In this document: positions 34,481 through 46,580 of the stretch, piece after piece
Layout: the number at the start of each line of letters is the position of its first letter
How positions within the stretch are numbered: position 1 is the first letter of the stretch
Assembly: GCA_013265495.1 (NCBI GenBank)
Contig: MU058868.1
Coordinates: 816,587-880,586, forward strand
DNA: 64,000 nucleotides
Source of the DNA: Vicugna vicugna
Lineage: Eukaryota
Reading direction: 5' to 3'
Notes under the pieces: generated by a model
The model's input: only the letters and a program-made list of their open reading frames with translations
Told to the model about the DNA's origin: nothing
Database searches by the model: none
Made by a program: the position numbers and the translations under genes

Positions 34481-36829
34481 CGGGGCCTCGGAGAAAGGCC
34501 CCTTCAGGAGGCACTGGCTCTGGTAGGGGGGTGGGCCTGGGGCTCACTCCTACACCCTGCCCGGCAGCCTCCCCCTCGACCCCCAGACTCCAAGACATTG
34601 TCCCGGGGCTCCTGTGTTTCCCCCGAGGGATCTGCACCCAGAGCAGGGGTCCTGGACCCCTGGTCACCTCTACCCCCGAGAGCACCTCTTCCTTTAGAGT
34701 TCGGGCTGAGCAAAGAGTGGAGGGGAGATCCCCGCCTGGTGCTCGGCCCACAGTGGGGTCATACCCCGCTCAGCAGAGACGTGCTCGGCTGTGGGGGCCA
34801 CAACCACAGGCCAGCCCTCAGGTGTGCCCCCAACCCCCGCCGAGGCCTCCGCCCACTCCTGGCTGCTCCAGCTCCAGGGTGGGAGGGGCCAGGGGGCTAT
34901 GGGAGCTGGCTGGGATAATATTTAGACAATTCAAGTGGAAATGAATGGGAAGTAGAGGCTCATCTCTGTTCCTTGCGTGGCTGGGAGGGCCCTGGGTCCT
35001 GCAGACCCCAGCATGGCGGGCGAGCCAGGGGGCTGTGAGCTGGGCTTCTGCTGCCATAAGTCACCCCTTAATGGAGGCCTCTGGTGGCCTATGGCCCTGG
35101 CACCCAAGGTACTTGCCCCTGCAGGGGCTCCCCCTGAGTGGAACCCTCTGCCCACCACCCCTTGTGCTTCCAGGCTCCTCCAGAGCCCCTCCTTAGAGCA
35201 CCCCTGGCCCCACAAGCCACAGTGGGAACTGTAGCTGGAGGCCCACCCTCCTCCCTGCACCTCCTGCACTGCTGCTGGACAGCAGGGCTGAGCTGCGTCT
35301 CCTGCACCCGAGTCCAGCACAGACGGTGCCTGGCTGGTCTGGGGGCAGGTCCAGAGGCTTCCCTGGTGAAGGCTCCTCTGACTTTGACCGGTGCTCTCTG
35401 GGCTTTCCAGGCACCCAGGCTGAAAACAGGGTTTGGCGGGATTCTGTGTGAGCTGAAGCCCACCTCTCTCCAGAGTTCCCGCCAGGCTGCGGGGATGCCC
35501 TCATGCTTTAGCCAGATGCCCACCCTCGGGCTGAGGCCTAGCCTACGGCCACCTGACTCCTGGTCTCCTCAGCTTCCCTGCCACCTGTAGTCCTTGCAGC
35601 CATGCCCTCCTGTCACCTCACCCCAGCTCTTAGGTGAGTGGAGATTCTCAGGGGCACAAACAGCTGGACAAAGACAGAGGGGCTGGAAAGACCAAAACAT
35701 TGCCCAGGCCCCAGGCCAGGCACAGGTAAGGCTACAACTCAGGATCCCCGAGCCCACCTGCTGGGCTCAGTTCACACTGCCTCCTCCTCCTCTCTCACCC
35801 AGCCCAGAGGAAGCCCGCTGAGCTGACCAGGCCAAAATGGGGCCCGGAGGCTCAAACTGACCATGGCACCACTCTGGGCCTTGCCCCTGTGCTTCTGGGA
35901 GATGGCAGAGGGGAGGTGCCTAACAGGCAAACCCCACGGTGGGCCTGGGTGTGGTTCCCCCTGCGGCAGCCCACCCCACTGTGCCCGGACCGAGGCTGGC
36001 CAGGGGCAGGCCCGGGTGCGGACGAACACCTGTGTGCCGAGCTCACTCATCCTCCACTTAGTCTCTGCGGCAATCTGAAAACTGGTGAGGGGGTGCTCCC
36101 CAGGGGTCACACAGCCCTTTGCAGATGCCCACCCCATGGGGCACCAGTGACTCACATCTGCCCTCCAACGTAGGGTGGGGCCCCATGAATGAGACTGGCT
36201 GGGGATGGGGCCGGCCTCCCAATGGGGACAGACCACAGCGTGTGAAAAAGACCCCATCCCAGGTTTCATTGAGCGCAGAGGAGGAGGTCAGTGAGCGGTC
36301 AGTAAGGGCACCCCAGGGGGGCACTCCTGGGTGGAGGCCTGAGTGGTCTGAGATGCAGAGGGAGCTGGGGGAGGCAGGAACTGGAGCCACAGGGCATAAG
36401 GCACCAGGTACTCCAGCCTCGAGGGCACTGTGGGGACTTAGCTTTGACTCAGAAGCCCCAGGAGTCACTGCAGATACCCCAGGGCAGGGTGGGGTGCCAA
36501 GTCCTACTGGGGTGCCAGGGAAAGGGCCTGGGATGTGGCCTTACCCTCAGGGATCCTCCAGCCCCCAGCCTGCCACCCAGGAGATGAAAGGCCCTGCCCA
36601 CGCAGGCCCCACAGCGCCCTTTGAAGGCTGTGGGAGTGCCCGCAGGGCAGTCAGGTGCCAGGCACTGGGAGAGGGGCTCTGCTGGTGCTGTGGCTGTGAC
36701 CCTAAAGGCCTCCTGGCTGAGCCCTGGCCACCCTCCAGAGGCCACGCTATCATGCCCTTGTCCTGTCTGAGATGCTGGTGGGCAGTGGAGGTCAGGGCAT
36801 ACCAACCTCCTTGACCCAGCGGCAAAGAG

Positions 36830-36875
36830 CAAGCCCTGTCAGTGCCTCAGTCTCCCCATCTGGGCTGAAGGTAGA
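36830..36875 (+). mobile_element. MIR fragment
   Basis: gtgcctcagtctccccatctg core. Confidence 0.55.
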
Positions 36876-37499
36876 GACAGATTCTGGGAATATGAGGGGA
36901 GCAAGACTACTCCCCACACACCCCTGCAGTGTCGGCCTTACTGACCCCTAGGACCCAGGAGAGGCAGGTCCGGAGGCCTCTCTAACCTCCACTCTCGTGT
37001 CCAGGGTCCAGGGACGTGTCTTGGGGCCACCATCACCACTCAGTGGTCAGCACAGAAGCTCCAGTTAGAACTCCGGGGCAGGCACTGATGGGGAGGGGAT
37101 GTCCTGCCCTGGGAGGGTGTTCAGCCTCCCTCCACCATCACTCTGCTCTGACCCTTTGACGGCCTGACCTGGCTGCTGCGGCCAGGGGAGGGGGGGCAAA
37201 CTCCAAGGACCTGTGGGCAGGGGCGGGGCCTGTTGCTCCCCAGGGCTGGGCTGGGGCTGGAATGTTTGCACTCACTGTTTGCTTGAGGGGGTGTCCACCT
37301 CGCCTCCAGGGGCGCCCCTCCCCTCGCCTTGGGGCCCAGGTCCAGCTGAGTCTACAGCTCTGGTCAGATGGGGAGGAGGAGGGACCCTCTGGCTCAAATG
37401 GGGAATTCCAGGACCCGCTCTGATACAAAAGAGTCCTCTTGCCCCGGGCCTGGGCCCTCACATCCTACAGGACCCTTCTGTCCCGTGGATTGGGAGACC

Positions 37500-38230
37500 C
37501 CAACCCAAATAGTTGCTCGGCCGGCTCCTCCCCGCGCCCAGCTCTCCCGCCCCAGGCTTCCCAGACCCGCTCAGAGATTATGCAAATCCCCGGCGGCTCC
37601 TTAATTAAATCCCTAACGAGGCGCTGGGGCCGGGCCAGGGGCGTCGCTGAAAGCCGGGGTCACGCTCCGGAGGGGCCCGGCCCGTCTGCGACGTGAGGCC
37701 CCCGCGCCCCTCCTGGGCCTGGGAACCGCCGCGCCGCCGGAGGGGGCGGACCGGCCGGCCCTCACCCGACCCGGCCAGCCCCTTCCCCACCGCCCGCCCT
37801 GGGCCCGGGTCTCCCCAGCGGGGACGCGGTGGGACGGGGACAGCGCTTCTCCCGGCGGGGCGGCGAGGGCTCCGGGGGCGCGGACGCACCTGCGCCCCGT
37901 CCTGCACGCTCGGGGTCCCGCGGCCGCCGGGGTCGGGGGCGGGGCGGCCGGGGCAGCGGCCCCCGCGCCCCGCTTTCAGACGCCTGTTGTTGGGCCAACA
38001 GCCGGGGCCGCGGCCGCTTGAAAGGCCGGGATTAGCGAACATTAGCGGCCCTTTGAGCGGCGCCCGCGGCGCCCCTTCCGCCGGCCCCGCCCCGGCTGCG
38101 GCCGGAGTTCCGCCCTCCCAGGGGCGGCCGGGGCAGGAGGCCAGCGGCCCGCAGCTCGGTGGACTTGGGTGCCCGCCCCGCGGAGCCGCCTCCCCTGCTC
38201 AGAGCTGGGGCAGGCGTCGCTGAGCGAGAG
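37500..38230. promoter_or_regulatory. Orphan CpG island, candidate enhancer
   Basis: CpG-dense; ATGCAAAT at 37580, TTAATTAA at 37601, GGATTA at 38029, G-quadruplex-type run at 37929-37953. Confidence 0.7.
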
Positions 38231-38699
38231 GCCCCCTTATCCTCCACAGCTTCCAGGGGTTGACGTGGGGAGACCCCCTGCCACCTTCCGGTCCAAGGCG
38301 AAGTCTGAATGGCAGAAGGTCCCTCAGTCCCCACGCAGCTCCAGAGAACTACTGCAGCCGGGCCCACGCCCACCTCCAGGCCCTCGCTTCCCACCTTCTG
38401 CCGCCAACCCCTGCACTGCCTTCTCCCAGCAGCCTGCCAGGATTTTCCCAAGCTGAGCTCTGGACCCCTGGGTCCCTGCAACCATCTTCTACTGGAACCC
38501 TGGCTCCAAGATCACATGGGTGGGTTAGCATCCGTCCCCCAACACCCAGCTGGGGTCTCAGCCTTTTCTCTGAAAATAATTCTTAGTTCCTGGGGTCAGT
38601 GACTTCAGAGGGGGCCAGAAGGAAGGCTGCAGAATGGAGAGGACACTGTCCACAGATGGAACTCAGGAAGGACACTTAGGGATTTAATTAAGAATTTAA

Positions 38700-38880
38700 T
38701 AGCTGAGTGCTGTCTGCCTGCCGGACCCGATCTCAGACACTTGGCTCAGGTTAGATGACAAGGAGGTGTTACTGTTACCCTCACTTTACAGATGAGGAAA
38801 CGGAGGTGCAGGGCCAGGAAGCAGCTCCAGGTCACACTGCCAGCCGGTGAGGAGCAGACACCTGACCCTCAGCTTGCACA
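38700..38880 (-). mobile_element. MIR
   Basis: ctcactttacagatgaggaaacggagg...ggtcacactgccag. Confidence 0.75.
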
Positions 38881-39109
38881 CCCAGGGTCTCCTCCTCACT
38901 CTTACCCACCCACCTGCCTGTTCGGGGCAACTAACTGTTGGCCCAGAGGATTCAACATCTATACAGCATTGATGGGCCTGGAGTGGGGGCCTCAGCCTGG
39001 ACCATGTAGGGTGTGGCCTGGGCTGAGCCTCCCCTCTCTGAGCCTCTGTTCCTGCTCATTGCTGGGGACTAGCTCAAACTTGACCTGCTTCCTGGGACCC
39101 GAGCACAGG

Positions 39110-39162
39110 GACTTGCACACATGTGCATGCACACGTGTGCACACACATGCACACACACCAGG
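39110..39162. repeat. Degenerate (CA/TG)n microsatellite
   Basis: gcacacatgtgcatgcacacgtgtgcacacacatgcacacacac. Confidence 0.75.
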
Positions 39163-42100
39163 GCAAGCACTCCTGCCCTGGGAAGAGTAAACAGCTTCAT
39201 CAGAGGAAGCAACAGGCCTGTCTCCCAAGAGAAAAAATGTGGCCAAACCAGACCCAGGCTGCCTGTGGGCCCCACTCTTGCTCCCACCCCAGAGTCAGGA
39301 TGGCCTCTCAAGTTTGGTTGTAAAATATTGACAGTACCCCCCGCCCCCACTGGGCGGGTGTTGTGGGGGAGCACGGAGCTGGGCAGGCCTGTGGGACCGG
39401 GTAGGTGGGCACTGACGTGGCCCAGCAAGTGCTGGTGTCCAACGTGCCCATGTAGCTGGGCCACTGTGAGTCCCTTCCCAGCCCCCTCCCTGAGGGCTGA
39501 CTCTCAGGGCCTGCAGGGCCCAGGGGCTGCCCCTGGGATCGCGCCTGAGAGAAAGCACAGCCGTCCAGCCAGGAGCCCACAGCTCTGCTGCCGTGTATCC
39601 TCGGGCCCTCACCCTGTTCCCTGGGCCCCAGATGGCTCAGGACCCACTTCAAGCGGACGTGGGGCCAGTGGGGCTCAAGGGGGCACCCGCAGCTGTGGGA
39701 GGCCACTGAGGTGATGCGGAGTCCAGGAGTCCTTCTTTTGCTGGCTGCAAGAGGTTTTGACTGACTCTGACCCTTTTGCCTCTGGGAAGGCAGGAGAGAG
39801 GCAGGCCCACCCCCCTACCCAGGGTCCCCCATCCCCCCGACCAGGACAAGGACAGGCCTGGCCAGATCCTATGACTCTGGAGAAACCACATGGAGCCTGG
39901 GGTTTGCAGCGGGAAACCCGATCAAGTAATGACAGGGTTGGTGTGGGGGTGACCGTCTGAGGGAGCCATCCCACCCCGGGCCTATCAGCAGGAGAGGACC
40001 CCATGCCCTCCTCATCCCAAGGGCAGAAGATGCCAGAAGCCAGGCCCCAAGGCCTCCTGCGCCAGCACCCCCTTTGCCTTTGCCCTCCTGTGCCCCTCAG
40101 CCGCTCACTCAGCCTGGCCGCCGACCCCGCTTGGCCAGAGCATACCAGGGTCCCTCCAGGAACCTTCTAGAGCTTCTGGGACTGCTCTTCTGGAGTCAAC
40201 CCCCAGGGGGTTGTCAGGCGGAAAGGGGAAGCTGAGCCCCTGCATTGTCACCTGCACCTCTCCTTGGACCAAAGTGGCCCCTCTGTTCCAGCCTGAGCTG
40301 CCTCCTGGCCCCAGGGCTCCGAGTGAGGGCCTGGGACAGCAGGGAGCTCAGGTGAGGTCAAGAGAAATCAATGGTCGCGATGTCCGGCAGCCGCCAGCCC
40401 CACTGGGACGCACCCCCGCCGCCCCGCCTGGAGCACAGGCACAGAGACCTGCATGCCCGCATGTGAGCTCAGCCCGGGGAGGCCCCCTGTCTTAGGCTCT
40501 GCTATCTGGCCACCTAGCCAGGCCTTTGGGCAGCTCCTAGGAGGCTCCAAGGAAGCAGATGACTGCAGGGGTCCCCAGAGGGTCCTGGCTGAAGCAAGCG
40601 GGCTGGTCAGCTCACACCCTACTCAGAAGCCGGATCCGCTTATGAGCCTCACTGTGACAGACTGTGTCAGCCCAACTTTCAGAAGGGGAAACGGAGGCAG
40701 GCAGTCCCCAGCGTACAGCAAGTCCAGGGACCACGGGCACGGGGTGTGCAGGGCAGCCCTGCCCGGGCGGGCACCAGGGCCTCCCTCACCGCTGTGGCCG
40801 GGCAGGCAGTTTTAATTACCACTGGCTGGGCCCACTGAGCCGCGCTAATCCGGGCCGCCGCTGCGGGCGGTTCAGGCGGGTGCCCCCTCCCCCGCAGCCC
40901 GGGCACGGGGTCCCCAGGTTCTCACGTCCTGCCGGCCCCAATTAAAGCGAGCTCGGCGGGGCGGACTCTGTGCTAATGAGCTGCTCCGCAGCCGCTGGGC
41001 TTCACGCCAGGGGGGCACAGGGGCGGGGTGGGGGGTGGAGCTGGCTTGGGTGGGGTGACTTGGGACCATTTCTGAGGGGAGGCCTGAGGGACTCCCTCTC
41101 TGTGCCCACCTGCCGAGAGTGGAGCTCAGTGACCACACCCCCAACGAAGGAGAAACACCTCACCGCAGGAAGACCCCCTCCCAGCTCAAAGCCGAGAGCC
41201 TACAGGAGAGCACGCAGGAGTGGGGATGTCCAAGTGCAGGGCAGGAGCTGGGGAGGGCTGGGGTCCAGAGGGCCAGTGGCAGGGGCCCACGCTGGTTAGT
41301 GGTGGGGTTGGTGGCCTGGCCAGGTCGTGTCTCCCTGCCTGTGCTACCTCTCACCTGGACAGCGGCCTGGGACAGAGGTGATGGGAGGTGGTCTTGGCAT
41401 CTGGCTGGGGTCTAACACCTTGTGGGGCTTAGCCATCCCCCAGCATTTCACTCAGAGGAGCGGCGTGGGGTCTGGGGGCGAGGAACCAAGGGTCCAAGGC
41501 CCTGGCACTGCAGGCTCTGCAGCTGGAGGGGGCAGGATAGCAGGGCCGAGGGGATTCAGCAATACAGGCTGGGGTGTCCAGCTCAGTCTGGGCGGGATGG
41601 CCCTGGGAGGTCCCTGGGGGAAGCTCTGTGGGTTTTGCAAACCTCTCCAATCCAGAGCTCCAGGTCCCTGGGGAGCTGCGGCTCAGAGTTGAGGCCCTCC
41701 CCATTGGTGATGGGGGGCCTGGTACAGCACGTGGTTGGGGGGTGGGAGGGTCCACGGCCAGACTGAGTGCCAGTGGGCTGTGAAGGATGGCTGGGTAGGG
41801 GTGGGGGTGGGATGTCACCACTCTGTTTGCCCCCACCCTGGCCTGCTGTGCGACCTTAGAGGGGCTGCCTCTGTCCAGAGGCCCTGCCGGGTGTGTAGGA
41901 ACCTGGAAGGGCTGGGACTGCAGGCCAGAAGCTCTTCTCCCCAGTCCCAGCCCACCAGACAGGGGACTCGGTGCTGGGGCCTCTCGATTTTGCTGGGGCC
42001 TCCAGGTCTGGCTCCGGGTGCAGCACCCAATCCCACTCCCACCCCGACCCGTTATGGACCACTGCGGCTTTGAAGTGGGGAACTGGGGCCTTGGCAGGTG

Positions 42101-42559
42101 GAGGCCCCATCTCAGCCTGCAGAGGCCCGGCAAGGAGGGACAGGCAGTGTGGGGGTTGTTGGACGCATAGTCCTTGGCTTCCCTTGCCACTCTGCTGACC
42201 CAACCTCTAAGGGTGGCCTGGAGCCCAGAGCCTGACCAGCAAGTCCTCCTGAGGGCTCTGGCCTGGTCCCTCTGTGTGAAAAAGGATGCAGGCACGGGGC
42301 GGGGGGGTGTGCATGTGCATGGGACATGGGGCGCATGCGTGAGCACGTGGCCTCTGGGCAGGCATAGGCCCCGGGCCCTGGGAGGGGTCCTGGGAATGGC
42401 CTACCACAGGCTTAGGGCTAGTGAGTACTTGTGAGGTGCAGCAGCTGACAGTGTGTGCACAGGAGGCCATGGGATGACCCAGTTTGCTGGGCAAGGGCGC
42501 CAGCCGATTGTCAGAGCCAGTTCAAGGCCATACAGAGGCCTGGACACCCAGACACATGT

Positions 42560-42720
42560 GCCCAAAGGCCCAGCAATGCTGGGTCACCTGGGGACAGGCA
42601 GCCCATCTCCCAGGGTGGGAAACTGAGGCTGTGGGAGGGTGCCACAGTCACTAAAGGGTTCCCATGGTCCCCTGCTTGCAGGGCCAGCCCAGGAGTCACA
42701 AGACCCAGAGTGGGGAGCCG
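42560..42720 (-). mobile_element. MIR
   Basis: cccatctcccagggtgggaaactgaggct core. Confidence 0.6.
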
Positions 42721-45700
42721 GGCAGGCTGTAGCCGTTTCGCCTACCATCTCCTTCTCTCTCTGACCACTTCATCTGACCTGGGGCCTGGTGCCAGTCGGG
42801 TGCAGGGGAGGTTTGTGTTCTGGAGAGGAGGAAATGTCTTTGGACCCCCAAGTCTGCTCCACCCCCACCCCATGCTCCTCTGGGAAGCCCCCTCCCTATG
42901 GTCCCCACAGGGCACTGGGTTTCGGTGCTGGGGGAGGCGGGCACTCATGAGCCAGAAGCGGACGAGCCCCTGAGAGGTCCTGATGGGAAGGGAGCGGGCT
43001 TCCCGTTTCCAGCCGCTTCTCCCCTGGGGCCCTGGCCCACCGTGCCCGACTGGAGTCCGGTGCCAGCCCTTGTCCCCTGCACAGCCGGGGAGCGCCGGAG
43101 GTGCTATCTGTGACAGCAGCAGAATGAGCCCGTCGCACCCAGGGCAGGTGTCGGCGCCTGGGAAGGGGCCAATCGGAAACCCAACCCCACCCCCACCCCC
43201 CACCCGCTGCAAACCTGGCAGGCTGTCCCCCGAGACTAGACTAGCAGGACCCTTGTCCCGGCCCCTCTCAAGTCGATCGGTCCCAGATATAGGCAGGGAC
43301 TGGGTCCAGGGGGCCTGAACCAACCCCCCACACACCGGAAGTAGGGGGATGAGGTGGGAGGCAGCGAGAGGGGAGGAGGCTCTCAGGTCTTGGTTTCCCA
43401 TTTGCATGGAGGGGCCCACACTCTCAGTACTGAGTTGGGGGGGCGGTCTTAGATCCCAGCTCCTTTCCTGCTCAGATGGCCGCAAGATCTGGGTCAGGCT
43501 TGGGGCCCGGGACAGTGGGGCATGCTGGTGTGGGCTTACAGCTTTCACACCCGCCTCTCTCGGGCGCCCCAGGCCCAGACTGTCCCCAGGGGGTGACCAC
43601 GACGGGCCAGCTTTCACACTGCCTGCTGGGCCTCTGCCCCAGGCCTCGGTTGTATCACCCTTGCCGCCCAGCCAGGCACTGCCCCTTCACTGGCCACACG
43701 CGTTCTCTTCTCTCAGACCCCAGCCCAGCTGTGGCTGCCCTGGGAAGCCCCTGTAGGGCCCCCCAACTCCAGACCCTACCCTTCCAGGCCCTCACTGCCC
43801 ATGATGGGGGCTCCCAGGGAAGGCAGCCCCACCTCAGAGTCCCGCGTGTGGGCAATGTGTCTGTTCTGACCCCCCGTGACTGAGTGAGGGAGATGGGGCG
43901 GTGGCCCAGGGACAGAGTGAGGCAGGCGTGAGGAGGGACCAGGCCTGGGGGCTCACTTTCCCGGAGCCTTGTGACCTGCCTGGGTTGGGCCCGTTCTCCA
44001 GCCCCGGGTGCAGCCTCCCTGGGCAGGCAGTCCCAGGCCCCTGCCCTTCCTCTAGAGTGGCTCTCAGCTCAGCCCAGATCCACAGCCCTGCTGCTCGCTG
44101 CTGGGTCCAGCCACCTTGCCAGCTACCTGGGCAGTGCGTCAGAGTCTTCCCGGCTTCCCTGCGCCCCCAGCTGCTGAGGGGAAAGCCCTCGCTGGGGTCA
44201 GGCTGGGCCTCTCACTGCTGGTCTCGCCCCAGCTGCATCTTCTGCTTGCGGAGCCTCTCCACTGCCTCCTTTCCACTCCCAAACATCTCCCCACCTGGGG
44301 CCACACACCCACTGGGACTTTGGGGTTGCTGCCCCCTCGGGTGACCAGAGGTCTCCCCTGGGCTCCGCTGGTTCTCCCAGACCCTCCCCCCTGGGCCCGG
44401 GGCAGCCTCAACATGGCCGCTGAGTTTGCGCTGCGGGTCCACTGGCTGCTGCCAGCCGTTTCTAGGCCCAGACCGAGGCCAGAAGAAGGGAAGTGCGGGG
44501 CCCACCCGTGGCCCACGGTTCAGCTCCAGCATCCCGGGGAACCCCATCCTACTTGGGCTCTGTCCCCAGATACCAGCCTGAGTGTATCAAAACCACCTGG
44601 CTTTGGTTTTATGAAGGCATCGCTGGGTCCAGTCCAGTGGCTGGGCTGAGACTGCAACCAGGGGTGGGACCTTGGGGGCTGCGGAGGGTAGAGGTCTTGG
44701 CGGGATGGGGCTGCCTGGGACTCCACGCAGGTCGCCCAAGGGGCAGTGCCCATCTTTCCCCCTGGCCCACGCAGCCTGGGGTCCGAGGTGGGGGCTGCTT
44801 GGCTGTGCCACAGCCAGCAGCCACGCTCTGGGACCGACACAAGGCTGATGATCGGGGTGGGGACAGCTACTGCACATCGCAGTGTCAGATGAGAGCAAAT
44901 GCCTCAAGAGGGAACAGACTGCCGGACACCCTGGTCCCGGGGCACCGTCTCACTCCCTCAGGTACTTGGGTAAGTCCATCAGCCTCAGCACTGGGGGCTG
45001 TCCCCCGAGGGAGCTGACCTTTGGGACTTAACTGAGGCCTCTGGCCTCCAGCAGCTCCCATGCCCTGGGCAGTCAGACCCCCTGTGAGATGGCCCCTCTA
45101 CGGGGCAGGTCTAGCTGAGGACCCGGGATCCCCTGTGCCCTGCGCCTGGCCCTGGGCAACAGGGCTCTTTCCCTACCCTTAACCCTGCTCTTTCCATGGC
45201 TTCTGGGCCAGCCTGTCCATCCTGGGTCTAGAGGACACAGTCACAGTGGGTGAGGTCGCTGCTGGAGTCCAGCCATCCTGAACCAGCTGGACACAGCGAA
45301 GCTGACATGGACAAGATTGACAGGTGGATACTGGACAGACAGCCCAGGCCAGCCGGCTGACGCTGATGCCTCCTGACTCCCAGCCTCTGCCCGTGAATGG
45401 ACTGTGTTTGTGTCTGGGGCAGGAGCAGGCGGGAGCAGCGCCTGGGGCGAGGTGGCCAGTGCTGGGTCAGCGTTGCTGGCCACCCCGAGGCAGGCAGGGG
45501 GCCCCTCCCACCCCTTTCACACCCCCGCCCCAGGCCAAGGACCCAGGCCATGCCCAGGAGGGAACACACTGCCCACCCCGGCCTGGCCATTGTGTTTCTC
45601 CATCCAGCCACAGACGCCTCCACCAGGAAGTCCTCCGAGAAGTACGTGGCCTCAGTGCTCCAGCTTTGTCCAGTGGCCTCCAAGGTCCTCACCCAACATC

Positions 45701-45749
45701 AGCCCGAATGTGAGCAGGCACAGTGTGGGGCGTGGGTCTTGATCTTGAG

Positions 45750-46580
45750 AGACTCCACCCCATGGGGGGGGTTGACCCAACCCCTCACTTTCTCCCAAAT
45801 GTGCTCCATCTCTCTCACACCCACAGTTATGCTCTCAGCAAGTCCACGTGGCTCTGCCTTCAAGAAGCACCAGAATAGAGCACGTCTCACCCTCCGGACC
45901 TACCACCTGATCCAGGCCTCCTTCCCCTCCTGCTGGGACCCTGCATTCACCTCCTCACCGGCTCGGAAGCCCCCTCCTCCCAATACAACAGCTCAGAAAC
46001 CTTAATCAGGTTGTATCCCACCTTAGCCAGCCTGCCAGTTCTCCTGTCTCCCCCCAGTAAAAGTCTTTCTAGTAACCCACAAACTGGCCTCCGTCCCCTC
46101 CCTGTTCCTGATGGGCCAGCGGCCCAGCCTCAGAGTCCTTGCAGCTTCTCTGCACACCAGGGTTGTGCACCTCACGGTCGGTCGAGGCCAGGCCTTAGGC
46201 CGTTTCCTCAGTGCCCCCTTTCCCCACTCTCAGCTCAGCTGCAGTGAGGCCAGCTGGCTGCAGTGAGCTCAGCGGCCATGGGCGCTGGGATTTGGGTATC
46301 CATTGTTCTCCCCTGGGTCTGTGTCCCCTGCTCTTGGGCGTCTGCTGCTCCCTGAGGGCTCACGGCCAGGCCTGGGGTGCGAACACTCGTCCCCCAAGCA
46401 GTCTCGGCTCTGGCCGTGAGCCCCACCCCCCCACGTCCCTGGCGTGGACCACTCCTCCCGCAAACACACGCTAGACTTTCCTCAAACACAACTTCATTTC
46501 CATTTGTGCCATTGATTGTCTGCACAGACAAAGGCCCCTTTCAGGGACGTCAGAGGTTCAGCAAATAAATAAATGAATGA
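45750..46580 (+). mobile_element. L2 3' region
   Basis: Pyrimidine-rich L2-type body (ctctgccttcaaga..., gatccaggcctcc) ending in aaataaataaatgaatgaa at 46563-46581. Confidence 0.65.
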
